A DNA stretch of 64,000 nt from an archaeon BMS3Abin17 (GCA_002897655.1 BDTJ01000044.1:1605-65604); one strand, 5' to 3'; counted from the stretch's first letter, positions 39,681-49,061 are shown. The notes: generated by a model from the sequence alone, not told the origin. Translations and numbers: made by a program.

Positions 39681-40510
39681 CCTCTCTCCGCTAGTCGTTC
39701 AGCAATTATGCTCCTGTGACATGTTTTAAAATCTTTTTCAAAACACAACAATACTGTTTTTTTCCTTCTCGCTCTTCCTTCAATGTCTGAGATATTTTCT
39801 AAGACATCTGGGTCTTTTATATGTTTTTTATATTCTCTAAAAAATCTTTCATAATCCATGTCCTTATATAATTGATGTCTCACTTCTTTAGGAGAACCTA
39901 ATTGAGGCATATGTTTGTAAGTAATCCCAACTTCTTTTAATTTAGAACTTAGAATTGTTTTAGAAAATCCATTCTTTCTACTTAATGGAAGTTCTCTAAC
40001 ATCAATTAATTGTTGTACATTACTATCTTTAAGTTTCTTAATGAATTTTTCTATAGTGTATCCCTCATACCCAATAGTATAAATTGTATCATTTTCAGAA
40101 TTCCAAAAAAGATTGCCTCCAATCTTTATTCGTTTTAGTCCAATATCTTTTTCTAATAATCTAACCCATTTATTATTAGGGTTTTTTTGATGAAGATTTA
40201 ATTTATCCCTAATTTGTGTCCAAGTTAAACCAGCAGGATGTCTTTCAAGTATATTCTTTATAGAATCTTTAAATTCATCATAAAACATTTCTTCATCATT
40301 TTTACTTAGATTTTTTTTGGAAAGTGGTTTTAAAAACAATAAATCTTTTTTAATTTCATCTTGCAATTCAACTCCCTCTTTCCATCCTAATTGTTTTATT
40401 CTATCAGTAGGAATTACCAAAACCCATTTTACATATTTTTCATAATTAGGGTCATCCTTTTTTCTAGAAGATTGTTTTTGAAGTTTCATATCTTTTATCT
40501 TGGTACCCAT
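39659..40510 (-). CDS. DUF488-domain protein with an N-terminal ~130-aa extension (possible DNA-binding)
   Basis: C-terminal half matches the DUF488 signature (IYTIGYEG...LIDVRELP...LLCFEKDFKTCHRSIIAERL). Confidence 0.55.
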   Translation of the reverse strand: MGTKIKDMKLQKQSSRKKDDPNYEKYVKWVLVIPTDRIKQLGWKEGVELQDEIKKDLLFLKPLSKKNLSKNDEEMFYDEFKDSIKNILERHPAGLTWTQIRDKLNLHQKNPNNKWVRLLEKDIGLKRIKIGGNLFWNSENDTIYTIGYEGYTIEKFIKKLKDSNVQQLIDVRELPLSRKNGFSKTILSSKLKEVGITYKHMPQLGSPKEVRHQLYKDMDYERFFREYKKHIKDPDVLENISDIEGRARRKKTVLLCFEKDFKTCHRSIIAERLAERGWKVNNL

Positions 40511-40586
40511 TATTTAAAAGCTTATTGGTACCCACACCATATATATTTCTGGGTACCCAAATGTTTATAAAGGTCTGGGTACCCAT
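40501..40586. promoter_or_regulatory. four phased GGTACCCA boxes (24-26 nt spacing), each followed by an AT-rich TATA-like segment, in the divergent promoter between the DUF488 cassette and the transposase
   Basis: GGTACCCA at 40502, 40528, 40552 and 40578. The first copy overlaps the cassette's start codon. Confidence 0.5.
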
Positions 40587-40592
40587 TATATT

Positions 40593-41570
40593 GTGGTGAT
40601 AAGATATGACACTATGGAACAACAAACAAAAATATTCCAGAACACAGAAAACTCAAAACCAATCATAGCTTTGCAAAAGAACAAATATACTTTAGAGCAA
40701 GAAAAAGAGAGATTCATCAACAATATGTGTGATTTCATAGAACCACTCAATTTTGAGCAATTACAGGTTATGGGAAGACCAAGAGCTGATTTTAAGGGTA
40801 TAATAAAGGCAATTTTGTTGATGTCTTATAATAGCATGTCCTACAGGAGAACTCAATCAGATTTAAGAAAGATGCATGAAGAAGGATTAATTCAATATAT
40901 TCCTCCAAAAAGTACATTAAATGATTATGTTAATAATGAGAATACTAAAGGATTAATTGAAAGACTAATACAAATATCAGCGTTATTCTTTAATGAAAAT
41001 GAAGATACAACTATTTTAGATTCTACTTGGTTTGGTCAAAGAATGTATTCTGGAGGTTACAGAAAAGTTTATGATAAGAAAAATGCTCCATTGCAAAAAG
41101 TTAGAAAGCTTCATATTGCTTGTTTAAAAAATAGTAAGGTTATTGCTTATGCTAAAGCCACGGTTGGAACAAAAAATGACAGTCCTTTATTTAATGAAAT
41201 TGTCAATGCTATTGTAAAAAATGGTTTCCATATTAAAACAGTTTTGGCGGATGCTGGTTACTCAAGCAAAAACAATTATGCACTTTGTAAAGAACTTGGA
41301 ATTTTGAATGTTTTTATTGACTTCAAGAAGAATGCTACACTAAGGAGAGCTAAGAGTGATTTATGGAGAGAGAAACTTAGATTGTATAAAGAACAAAAAG
41401 AAATCTGGAATCAAACTTACAGATTTAGAGTAATTGTGGAGGGAATTTTTTCAGCAATTAAGAAAAAAAATATTAATTATCTTCGTTCTCGGAAGGAGAT
41501 TGCTCAGGATGTTGAGGTTCTTCTGAAGGCTCTGGTTTACAATTTGACGATAATTGGGAAATATTCTTAA
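40593..41570 (+). CDS. IS5/IS4-superfamily DDE transposase
   Basis: DDE triad regions ILDSTW, LADAGYSS and VEGIFSAIKK. Length 325 aa. Confidence 0.7.
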   Translation: MVIRYDTMEQQTKIFQNTENSKPIIALQKNKYTLEQEKERFINNMCDFIEPLNFEQLQVMGRPRADFKGIIKAILLMSYNSMSYRRTQSDLRKMHEEGLIQYIPPKSTLNDYVNNENTKGLIERLIQISALFFNENEDTTILDSTWFGQRMYSGGYRKVYDKKNAPLQKVRKLHIACLKNSKVIAYAKATVGTKNDSPLFNEIVNAIVKNGFHIKTVLADAGYSSKNNYALCKELGILNVFIDFKKNATLRRAKSDLWREKLRLYKEQKEIWNQTYRFRVIVEGIFSAIKKKNINYLRSRKEIAQDVEVLLKALVYNLTIIGKYS

Positions 41571-42201
41571 CTTCTTCAATTCCAGCAAAAAGAATCTTGT
41601 TATTTGTCCAATCCATCTTACAAGGAGTATAAAATCTAATTTCCTTTATTTTTGGTTCAAAATTGTCCCCTGAAATTTCTATTATTGCAAAATATCTTTT
41701 ATCTTCACAAATAAAATTTCTACCTCCTGTAGAAGAAAAAATAACTTCTTTTGTTGCACTATCAATCCAAAATAAATCACAAAATTCCCATCCCCCTTTA
41801 GGTGAAATATCTTTATTCTCTTTAAAAATAGGAATTAATTGATTAATATCTGATACTAAATTTATCCTCTCAGGGTCTATTCTAAACCCCATATCTCTTG
41901 GAGCACTAGACCATTTTAATACGTCTGGTTCATTCTTATCTAGCACATTATTTCTCTCTTCAGATTTAACAGACAACAGTTTTACCTTACAATTTCTAGC
42001 AACTGTTTTACCCTCATTAACAATTTTTATACGAAAAAGCATTCCCATTGAATTTAAAAAAGGGTAAATAGAATAAGGTTCGTAATTTCCAAATCCAATT
42101 TTTATAAGAGGTCTATCTTTCCAATCCCAAAATCTTTTTCCAAATAATGCAACAACAACAGCCAAAAAAGTTATTATTATTAAAATTACTGTTAAAACCA
42201 T
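41473..42201 (-). CDS. membrane-anchored hypothetical protein; acidic low-complexity C-terminal tail encoded within the transposase 3' region
   Basis: N-terminal TM helix followed by a soluble domain. Its last ~33 codons overlap the transposase C-terminus convergently. Confidence 0.4.
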   Translation of the reverse strand: MVLTVILIIITFLAVVVALFGKRFWDWKDRPLIKIGFGNYEPYSIYPFLNSMGMLFRIKIVNEGKTVARNCKVKLLSVKSEERNNVLDKNEPDVLKWSSAPRDMGFRIDPERINLVSDINQLIPIFKENKDISPKGGWEFCDLFWIDSATKEVIFSSTGGRNFICEDKRYFAIIEISGDNFEPKIKEIRFYTPCKMDWTNNKILFAGIEEVKNISQLSSNCKPEPSEEPQHPEQSPSENEDN

Positions 42202-42563
42202 AAAAGAGTTTAGAGAAAGAAGTTTTTAATGATTATTGTATTTCTTTATTCGGACACTATTTGGATTGTTTTAACTTTTCGGACTGTGTTATTAAAACAG
42301 CAAACTTTAAAAACTCATTCTGGTATTAATATATTATTAGAAGAATATCGATTAAAATAAGTAGATTAATCAATCACATTCACGATCACATTGTTAATTT
42401 AGCATATTAATGCTCTTTACGAATGCAGAACTGACAAAAATTAGTCTGATATTTTTCTACGATAGAAAATTTGTGTAAATAGGAATTTTCTGGGACAGAA
42501 AACATTTTGTTTTCTATAGAAATCAATATGATTTCATTCAATTAAATAAGGAAAAACAAAAAC

Positions 42564-43730
42564 ATGGCAAAAATAAGTCCAGTATCAATAAAATACATGA
42601 TACACGCGAACTTCACAGCTGAAGGTGCTTTGGAAAAACCTGATGTAATCGGAGCTATTTTTGGACAGACAGAAGGATTGCTTGGAGCAGACTTAGAAAT
42701 GAGAGAATTGCAAAAAGAAGGAAAAATCGGAAGAATTGAAGTTGATTTGAAGAGAGATGGAAAGCAGACTACAGGAATTATTAAGATTCCTACTGCGTTA
42801 GACCAGTCAGAGACAACTCTTATTGCTGCTGCAGTAGAGACAATAGAGAGAATCGGACCGAGTGATGCTCAGATTGAGATAGAAAGAATAGAAGATGTCA
42901 GAGGAAGCAAAAGAGATTACATAATTGAAAGGGCAAAGAAGCTCATGACAAACATACAAGGTTCTACAGATTCAAGAGAGATTTCAAATGAGATTAAGTT
43001 CTCTGCCAGAACTGCAAGTATCAGCGAGTATGGCAATGAAAAACTTCCCTGCGGGGACTTGTCTGGAAAAGAAATAGTTGTAGTTGAAGGAAGAGCAGAT
43101 GTCCTTAACCTGATGAGGAATGGGGTTAACAATGTTATAGCAATGAATGGAACAAAACTTCCTGACTCAATAAGAGGATTAAGCAAGGAAAAAGATATAA
43201 TCCTTTTTGTTGATGGTGACAGAGGTGGAAAGCTAATCATAAAAAACGTTGTTGATAATGCAGAAGTCAAGTATATTGCAATTGCACCTGATGGGAAAGA
43301 AGTCGAAGAGCTTAATGGAAAAGAAATTTTAATGAATTTAAGAAAAAAGGTTCCAATAGAGGAGTTTGAAAAAAGCTCCTCTAAAAGAGCTCCTAAAAGA
43401 ATAGAGAAAAAACAAGAAGAAGAAACTCCTAAAAATAAACAAATAGAATTAAACTCAAAGAATAAATCAATATTAAAAGAGCTTTCTGACAGGAATAATG
43501 GAAGTGGAAAGGCTATCCTATTAGACGATAATCTTAAAGAAATTAAAAAGGTCTCAATCAAGGGATTGGAAAATACAATATATCGAATGAGAGAAAGACC
43601 CAGCATAATTATAATTGACGGAACAGTCACTGTGCCAATACTAAGAGATTCAGAAGATGCAGGTGTTCAGGCAATTGTGGCAAAAAACTTCACAACAACA
43701 GACACAAATATTGAATTACTTAGTCTGTGA
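42564..43730 (+). CDS. dnaG: DNA primase DnaG, archaeal type (TOPRIM)
   Basis: Archaeal DnaG N-terminus and a TOPRIM region (VVVEGRADVLNL...DGDRGG). Confidence 0.85.
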   Translation: MAKISPVSIKYMIHANFTAEGALEKPDVIGAIFGQTEGLLGADLEMRELQKEGKIGRIEVDLKRDGKQTTGIIKIPTALDQSETTLIAAAVETIERIGPSDAQIEIERIEDVRGSKRDYIIERAKKLMTNIQGSTDSREISNEIKFSARTASISEYGNEKLPCGDLSGKEIVVVEGRADVLNLMRNGVNNVIAMNGTKLPDSIRGLSKEKDIILFVDGDRGGKLIIKNVVDNAEVKYIAIAPDGKEVEELNGKEILMNLRKKVPIEEFEKSSSKRAPKRIEKKQEEETPKNKQIELNSKNKSILKELSDRNNGSGKAILLDDNLKEIKKVSIKGLENTIYRMRERPSIIIIDGTVTVPILRDSEDAGVQAIVAKNFTTTDTNIELLSL

Positions 43731-43776
43731 TGTTTTAGGATAATCATATTTATATAGATAAGATTTTTCTAGAAAT

Positions 43777-44016
43777 ATGACTAAGAGTATAATAGACCAA
43801 CTGCAAGTTATTGAGCATACCCATATCACAGATGAGGAAGCAAAATTTCATTCTGATAATTTAAAAAAAGCGATTACATTAAGAAAAAGTGCTGAGGAAG
43901 TTTTAGGATATTTTAAGAGAAGAAAAGATAATAGAATTTATCAAATGAGAAGTACTTGCAGGATTTGCTACTCTAAATGGCATAGAGAGTATTATGGTGA
44001 AAAAGTTGAGTTGTAA
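43777..44016 (+). CDS. hypothetical small protein
   Basis: 79-aa ORF. Confidence 0.3.
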   Translation: MTKSIIDQLQVIEHTHITDEEAKFHSDNLKKAITLRKSAEEVLGYFKRRKDNRIYQMRSTCRICYSKWHREYYGEKVEL

Positions 44017-44060
44017 TAATTATTCAAAACCTTTAAATTCCCTATTTTCTCATTGTTATC

Positions 44061-44834
44061 ATGACAATTCGGTTTGGACCTGCTGGTTTAGGAGGGGTAA
44101 AACAGGCTATTTCTAATCTTGAAAGATACCATAAATTAGGCTTTAAAGCATGTGAGGTGGCTTTTGGTCGTGGAGTTTATATAAAAAATAATAGTGATGC
44201 TAAGAGGATTGGAAAGGCTGCTAAAAAGCTGGGGATAAGATTGAGCATTCATGCGCCCTATTGGGTTAATCTTAATTCACATGATAAAGAAGTAACCAAA
44301 AAAAGCAAGGAAAGAATTCTTAGAAGCTGTGAGATTGGGACATATTTAGGTGCATACAGAGTTGTATTTCACCCTGGATACTATAATAAGATAAGCAGGG
44401 AGGAAACATATGAGAATATAAAAAGAGAAATCTTAGATATTAAAAAGACAATAAAAGAAAAAAAATACACTCCAAAACTTGCTCCAGAAACAACAGGGAA
44501 AATTAATGTTTTTGGAAGTGTTGATGAGATTAAGAAATTGGTTGATGAAACGGGATGTGAGTTTTGCATTGATTTTGCGCATATACTTGCAAGAGAAAAA
44601 GACTACAAGTTTAAAGAAGTCTTTGAAAAATTCAAAGAACATGATAAGATTCATGTGCACTTCTCTGGCATAACATACAGTGAAAAAGGGGAGATTAGCC
44701 ATAAAAAGACTTCTGAAGAAGAGCTTAAAAAATTAATATCAAATTTGCCAAAAAACAAAGAGATAAATGTGATAAATGAGAGTCCAGATTCTGTTGAAGA
44801 TTCTATTTTGAGTCTAAAGATTTACCGACGGTAA
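44061..44834 (+). CDS. AP endonuclease family 2 / endonuclease IV-like TIM-barrel protein
   Basis: MTIRFGPAG N-terminus, LSIHAPYWVNLNS and VFHPGYY motifs resembling Nfo. Confidence 0.5.
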   Translation: MTIRFGPAGLGGVKQAISNLERYHKLGFKACEVAFGRGVYIKNNSDAKRIGKAAKKLGIRLSIHAPYWVNLNSHDKEVTKKSKERILRSCEIGTYLGAYRVVFHPGYYNKISREETYENIKREILDIKKTIKEKKYTPKLAPETTGKINVFGSVDEIKKLVDETGCEFCIDFAHILAREKDYKFKEVFEKFKEHDKIHVHFSGITYSEKGEISHKKTSEEELKKLISNLPKNKEINVINESPDSVEDSILSLKIYRR

Positions 44835-44996
44835 AATCACTTCTATAAAAAAATTACTCAGTGTTAAGGCAGATAGTGACATTTTATCACTTAGTAATTA
44901 CTATATAGTGTCGTCACCATAAAGTTTATAAACAAGTTCTATGTGAATAAAATAGCAGAAAAACAAAGATTTTCTGCGTAATTAAATATATAAAAA

Positions 44997-46271
44997 ATGA
45001 AAATGAATGCCAAAAACATGTTGGTTTCTTTTCAAGCAATCGTAATTGCTTTGCTTTTAGTTGCTACTGTAAGTGCTTTTACAGTTACAGGAGACTTAGC
45101 AAACATTGATGTTGTTAAGATTGATGGCGTAAAAGCTAATGGAAATGACATCGCTGTTGAAGCTGGAGATACTGTTAGTGTTAAAGTTTACTTTAATTCA
45201 CTTGTGAATGCATCTGATGTAAGAGTAAAGGCAGAAATTGAAGGGGACAAAGTAGATGTTGAGGACAGAACTAGTTCTTTTGATGTTGAAGACGGAAAAA
45301 GATATAGCAAGACTTTAACACTTAAAATCCCTTATGAACTTAAAGATGTGCTTTCTGATGACCTGGATTTATCTATAAAGGTATGGAACGGGGATTACAA
45401 GTCAGAAATTGAAGACATCACTTTAAGAGTTCAAAGACCTACATACAACGCAGACGTTAAGTCAGTTAACACACCTCAGGCAGTTGAAGCTGGAGATAAG
45501 ATTCCAGTTGATGTTGTTTTGAAGAATATGGGTTACAATGACTTGGATGATGTGTATGTAACTGCAAGTATTTCTGCTTTAGGAATTGAGAGAACATCTT
45601 ATTTCGGTGACTTAGTTGCAATAGAATGTAACAAAGACAGTTCAGCTGAAGAAAACTATGGTGTTGACATCGACAGAAAGTGTGATGAAGATGATGAAGA
45701 CACTGTAAGCGGAAGACTTTATTTAGAAGTTCCTTTCGGTTCTGAAGAAGGTATATACACTCTTGAAGTAGAAGTTACAAACGATGACACAAGCACTACT
45801 ATAGTTAAGCAAATAGTTATATCAAACGACTTTGCTGACAATGTTATTGTAACAAGCTCAAGCGCAAGTGCCTCTGCTGGCGAAAATGCTGAATACAGTT
45901 TATTGATTGTAAACCCAACTAACAAGTTGAAAGTTTACAGAGTTGTTTCAGGATCAAGCGATGACTTATCAACAAGTGTTGATGATTCTGTTATTGCTGT
46001 TACTGCTGGTTCAAGTAAGACTGTTAAAGTTACTGCAAGTTCAAGTGTTGAAGGAGAATACGACTTCACTGTAGACGTAATCTCTGGAGATGAAATTGTG
46101 GGAACTGTTAATCTTGCTTTGACTGTAGAAGGCGGAAGCTCAGTAAATAGTCCGATTGTTATTTTGACAGTTATCTTAGCAATAATCTTTTTAGTATTGC
46201 TTGTTGTATTAATTGTCTTAATAGGAAAGAAGCCTGAGAAATCAGAAGAATTCGGAGAAAGTTATTACTAA
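44997..46271 (+). CDS. cell-surface protein (signal peptide, repeated beta-rich domains, C-terminal TM anchor)
   Basis: N-terminal signal/TM. S/T/V-rich repeats. A C-terminal hydrophobic helix followed by a KK motif. Confidence 0.5.
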   Translation: MKMNAKNMLVSFQAIVIALLLVATVSAFTVTGDLANIDVVKIDGVKANGNDIAVEAGDTVSVKVYFNSLVNASDVRVKAEIEGDKVDVEDRTSSFDVEDGKRYSKTLTLKIPYELKDVLSDDLDLSIKVWNGDYKSEIEDITLRVQRPTYNADVKSVNTPQAVEAGDKIPVDVVLKNMGYNDLDDVYVTASISALGIERTSYFGDLVAIECNKDSSAEENYGVDIDRKCDEDDEDTVSGRLYLEVPFGSEEGIYTLEVEVTNDDTSTTIVKQIVISNDFADNVIVTSSSASASAGENAEYSLLIVNPTNKLKVYRVVSGSSDDLSTSVDDSVIAVTAGSSKTVKVTASSSVEGEYDFTVDVISGDEIVGTVNLALTVEGGSSVNSPIVILTVILAIIFLVLLVVLIVLIGKKPEKSEEFGESYY

Positions 46272-46351
46272 TTTTTCTTAATTTTTTATTTTTATTTTTA
46301 TTTTACTTTCTCCTTTTTTTATTTATGACCTAGTGTTAGCTAGAAGCGAAG

Positions 46352-46849
46352 ATGACAGGAAGCTTAGAAGAAATGAAAGAATTGGCTCATGAAATGGGTA
46401 GATATTACTATAAAGGGTTTGGTAATTGTCTTGCAGGAATAGGTGGGAATATAGGTTGTTATGAAGATGGAGAAAAAGGAAAAGAGGCTATTGAAAAATC
46501 TCAAAGATTATTTTTAAAGATTGATGGGGCTTATAAGGAAATCCCATTTAAAGAACTCCATAGAAGAGAAGAATTTTATCCATTATTTATTACAAAAGAA
46601 TTAATTCACCAGATTGGAGATAATATAAAAAAAATAGAGGAGAATCCATTAGGAAGTTTGATGAGCAAGGTTGGATTAAGTAGATTAGCAATGCATGTCA
46701 CAGCAGGCATGTGTGTGGGGCATATTTATAGAGTAAAGTTAAATGAAATTATTAAAGAAATACGTAAATACTCGAAAAATAAGGATTTTCATATAGAAGT
46801 AGTAGACATACTTAAAGACAACAAAAAATTTAGATATAATGTTTTTTAG
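46352..46849 (+). CDS. hypothetical protein
   Basis: 165-aa ORF. Confidence 0.35.
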   Translation: MTGSLEEMKELAHEMGRYYYKGFGNCLAGIGGNIGCYEDGEKGKEAIEKSQRLFLKIDGAYKEIPFKELHRREEFYPLFITKELIHQIGDNIKKIEENPLGSLMSKVGLSRLAMHVTAGMCVGHIYRVKLNEIIKEIRKYSKNKDFHIEVVDILKDNKKFRYNVF

Positions 46850-46862
46850 TCCTCAACAAACC

Positions 46863-47219
46863 TCATTCTAAACCTAAACTTATCTTAATAGCTAAATCAA
46901 CTTTATTCATGATAAGATTATCAAGATGACTTAACTTCTTAATAATTCTTCTTTTATCAATTGTTCTTATTTGATTAAGTAAAACTACAGAATCTTTTTC
47001 TAAATTTGAATCACTTTTTGATAAAATTACATTAGTTGGATATTCTTTTTCATAAACTTTAGAGGTTATAGGGGCAACAATTGTTAATGGACTAAATTTA
47101 TTTGATATGTTATTCTGGATAATAAGCGCTGGCCTAATTTTTCCTTGTTCCACTCCTTTAACTGGCTCAAAATTAACCAGAAATATATCTCCTCTTAATA
47201 TTTTTGCTACCATTCCCAA
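46863..47219 (-). CDS. mazF: MazF/PemK-family endoribonuclease toxin
   Basis: RGDIFLVNFEPVKGVEQGKIRPALII ... SPLTIVAPITS motifs. Confidence 0.8.
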   Translation of the reverse strand: MGMVAKILRGDIFLVNFEPVKGVEQGKIRPALIIQNNISNKFSPLTIVAPITSKVYEKEYPTNVILSKSDSNLEKDSVVLLNQIRTIDKRRIIKKLSHLDNLIMNKVDLAIKISLGLE

Positions 47220-47440
47220 TCTAATTCAGCATCAATAGCTTCCAATTCTTTGTTAATTTTTAGGCTATCTTCTGCCATTGCCTTGCACCCTTCTATTAAT
47301 AATTTCTCTTGTTTTCTTTTTTGCTCTTCTGCAACTTTCATTAAATTCAAGATAATCTGCTCGTAAGTTTCTTTATTTGTCTTTAATCTATCTAAAGCAT
47401 TTTTCACATTTTCATTAAGCTGGATTGTTGTTACCATCAT
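47207..47440 (-). CDS. putative antitoxin partner of MazF
   Basis: 77-aa helical ORF overlapping mazF by 13 nt, in the upstream position. Confidence 0.5.
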   Translation of the reverse strand: MMVTTIQLNENVKNALDRLKTNKETYEQIILNLMKVAEEQKRKQEKLLIEGCKAMAEDSLKINKELEAIDAELDWEW

Positions 47441-47483
47441 GCTATAGACCGACTATAGTTTATAAATTTTATGTTTGATGATT

Positions 47484-48098
47484 TTAACCCTCAATAAAAG
47501 GAACAAAAACAAACCCAGGTATTTCTTCTTTTATTGTATAGTTATTCTTTATCTTCTTAATAGCTACAAGAGTTTGTTCATATCTTGAGCCAACAGGTGC
47601 AACAAGTATTCCGTTATCTTTTAATTGGTTTTGAATTGTCTTGGAAATCTTTTCACATGCTGCACTTATTAAAATTCTGTCAAAAGGGGCTTTTTCTTTT
47701 AATCCTTTAGAACCATTTTGATTGTATGATACTATATTTTTGTAATCCTTTAAATTATTCTTTGATTTTTCAGCAAGCTCTTTTATTCTCTCTATACCAT
47801 AAACCCTGCCTTTATCCCCAACAATCTCAGAAATAAGAGCAAGAACATAACCACATCCAGAGCCTAATTCAAGGACTTTCTGGCCTTTTTTCAGCTCAAG
47901 CATGCTCAACATCATAGCAATTGTATATGGCTGAGAGATTGTCTGGGCTTCACCTATTGGCAAAGCAGTATCTTCATAAGCATATTTTTTTAATTTGTCT
48001 GGTATAAAATTCTCACGTTTTACTTTTTCAAATGCATTTAGTATTCTTCTTGAGAATCCTTTTTGTTTTAATGAATTAATGAGGGCTTGTTTGTTCAT
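47484..48098 (-). CDS. pcm: protein-L-isoaspartate O-methyltransferase
   Basis: SQPYTIAMMLSMLEL and VLELGSGCGY SAM motifs. Confidence 0.85.
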   Translation of the reverse strand: MNKQALINSLKQKGFSRRILNAFEKVKRENFIPDKLKKYAYEDTALPIGEAQTISQPYTIAMMLSMLELKKGQKVLELGSGCGYVLALISEIVGDKGRVYGIERIKELAEKSKNNLKDYKNIVSYNQNGSKGLKEKAPFDRILISAACEKISKTIQNQLKDNGILVAPVGSRYEQTLVAIKKIKNNYTIKEEIPGFVFVPFIEG

Positions 48099-49060
48099 TT
48101 TCCTTGTTTTAATCCTGTTCTGCCTTGATTAAGCCAGTATTCATTTTCTTCAGAAGTGTTTTTATTAACAATCTTGTCAAAATTAGCGCATAATAAATGC
48201 ATTGCATGAGCTAATTCAATATATATTGGAAGAACATTTAGTTCTTCATTAGTTAATTTGATTGCTTTTTGATATTCTTTCAATAATATCTCTATATTAT
48301 CTTGACTATTCTTCTTATTAGCTGGATTAAAAAATAAATTGCAAGATAAAACTGCCAATTCTTGTATTCTTGGATAATAATTAGAAACTGAGAAATCTAT
48401 TAACCAAAGTTTATTTTGATTATCCTTCATAATATTTGTTACAATTAAATCCCCATGAACAAAGCAACGAGGTAGTTTTTCTATTTCAAGTTCATTGAAT
48501 TTTTTGACAAGAGGCCCAATTAACCCTAAATCTTCCTTAGATAACACACTTTTCTTTTTTTCAAACTCTTTAAGAAAATTAGTTACTGCCCATTCATCCT
48601 CCATGAATTTTGGTTTTAAGTCTATTGAATTAATAAGAGATACTTGTTTTGCAATAAACCTTATTTCATCTTTATTTAATTTCGCACCTGATTCAAAAAT
48701 TGTTTTGCCATTAATAAATCCCATCACACATAACCTTATGTTTGTTTTGTTGATTTTATTAGTATAAAGATATCCATTATCTAATTTATATAATTTAGGT
48801 GTTGCAATCTTGGCTTCAATAGCTTTTTCCATGATTTCCACATATCTATGGCAATCATCAATAGTTCTACTATTTGAGAATATTTTTACAAAGTATTTAC
48901 TTTTTGTTGTTTGAAGAATAAAATTAAAATCTTCGTAGCCCATTAGAATTATTTTATTTGATTTAAATCCTCCTAATTTGTAATCCTTGCAAATCTGTAG
49001 AGAGATATCCTTTAAATCCCCATTATAACTTATTCTTTTTTTGAATGATTTTTCTTTCAT
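48095..49060 (-). CDS. APH/choline-kinase-family phosphotransferase
   Basis: HGDLIVTNIM catalytic-loop and IDFS motifs. Translationally coupled to the upstream rad50 and downstream pcm. Confidence 0.5.
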   Translation of the reverse strand: MKEKSFKKRISYNGDLKDISLQICKDYKLGGFKSNKIILMGYEDFNFILQTTKSKYFVKIFSNSRTIDDCHRYVEIMEKAIEAKIATPKLYKLDNGYLYTNKINKTNIRLCVMGFINGKTIFESGAKLNKDEIRFIAKQVSLINSIDLKPKFMEDEWAVTNFLKEFEKKKSVLSKEDLGLIGPLVKKFNELEIEKLPRCFVHGDLIVTNIMKDNQNKLWLIDFSVSNYYPRIQELAVLSCNLFFNPANKKNSQDNIEILLKEYQKAIKLTNEELNVLPIYIELAHAMHLLCANFDKIVNKNTSEENEYWLNQGRTGLKQGK

Positions 49061-49061
49061 A

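Noticed and set aside
40501-40586. GGTACCCA boxes as terminal inverted repeats of the IS5-family element
   Set aside because: No matching copies occur at the other end of the transposase gene (around 41570-41620), and GGTACC is self-complementary. They are reported as a regulatory array instead.
42917-43630. 237-aa minus-strand ORF inside dnaG
   Set aside because: It is antisense to a well-supported DnaG gene and has S/L/F-rich composition. Other antisense ORFs rejected for the same reason include 26549..26806, 13571..13927, 23098..23862 and 29990..30325.
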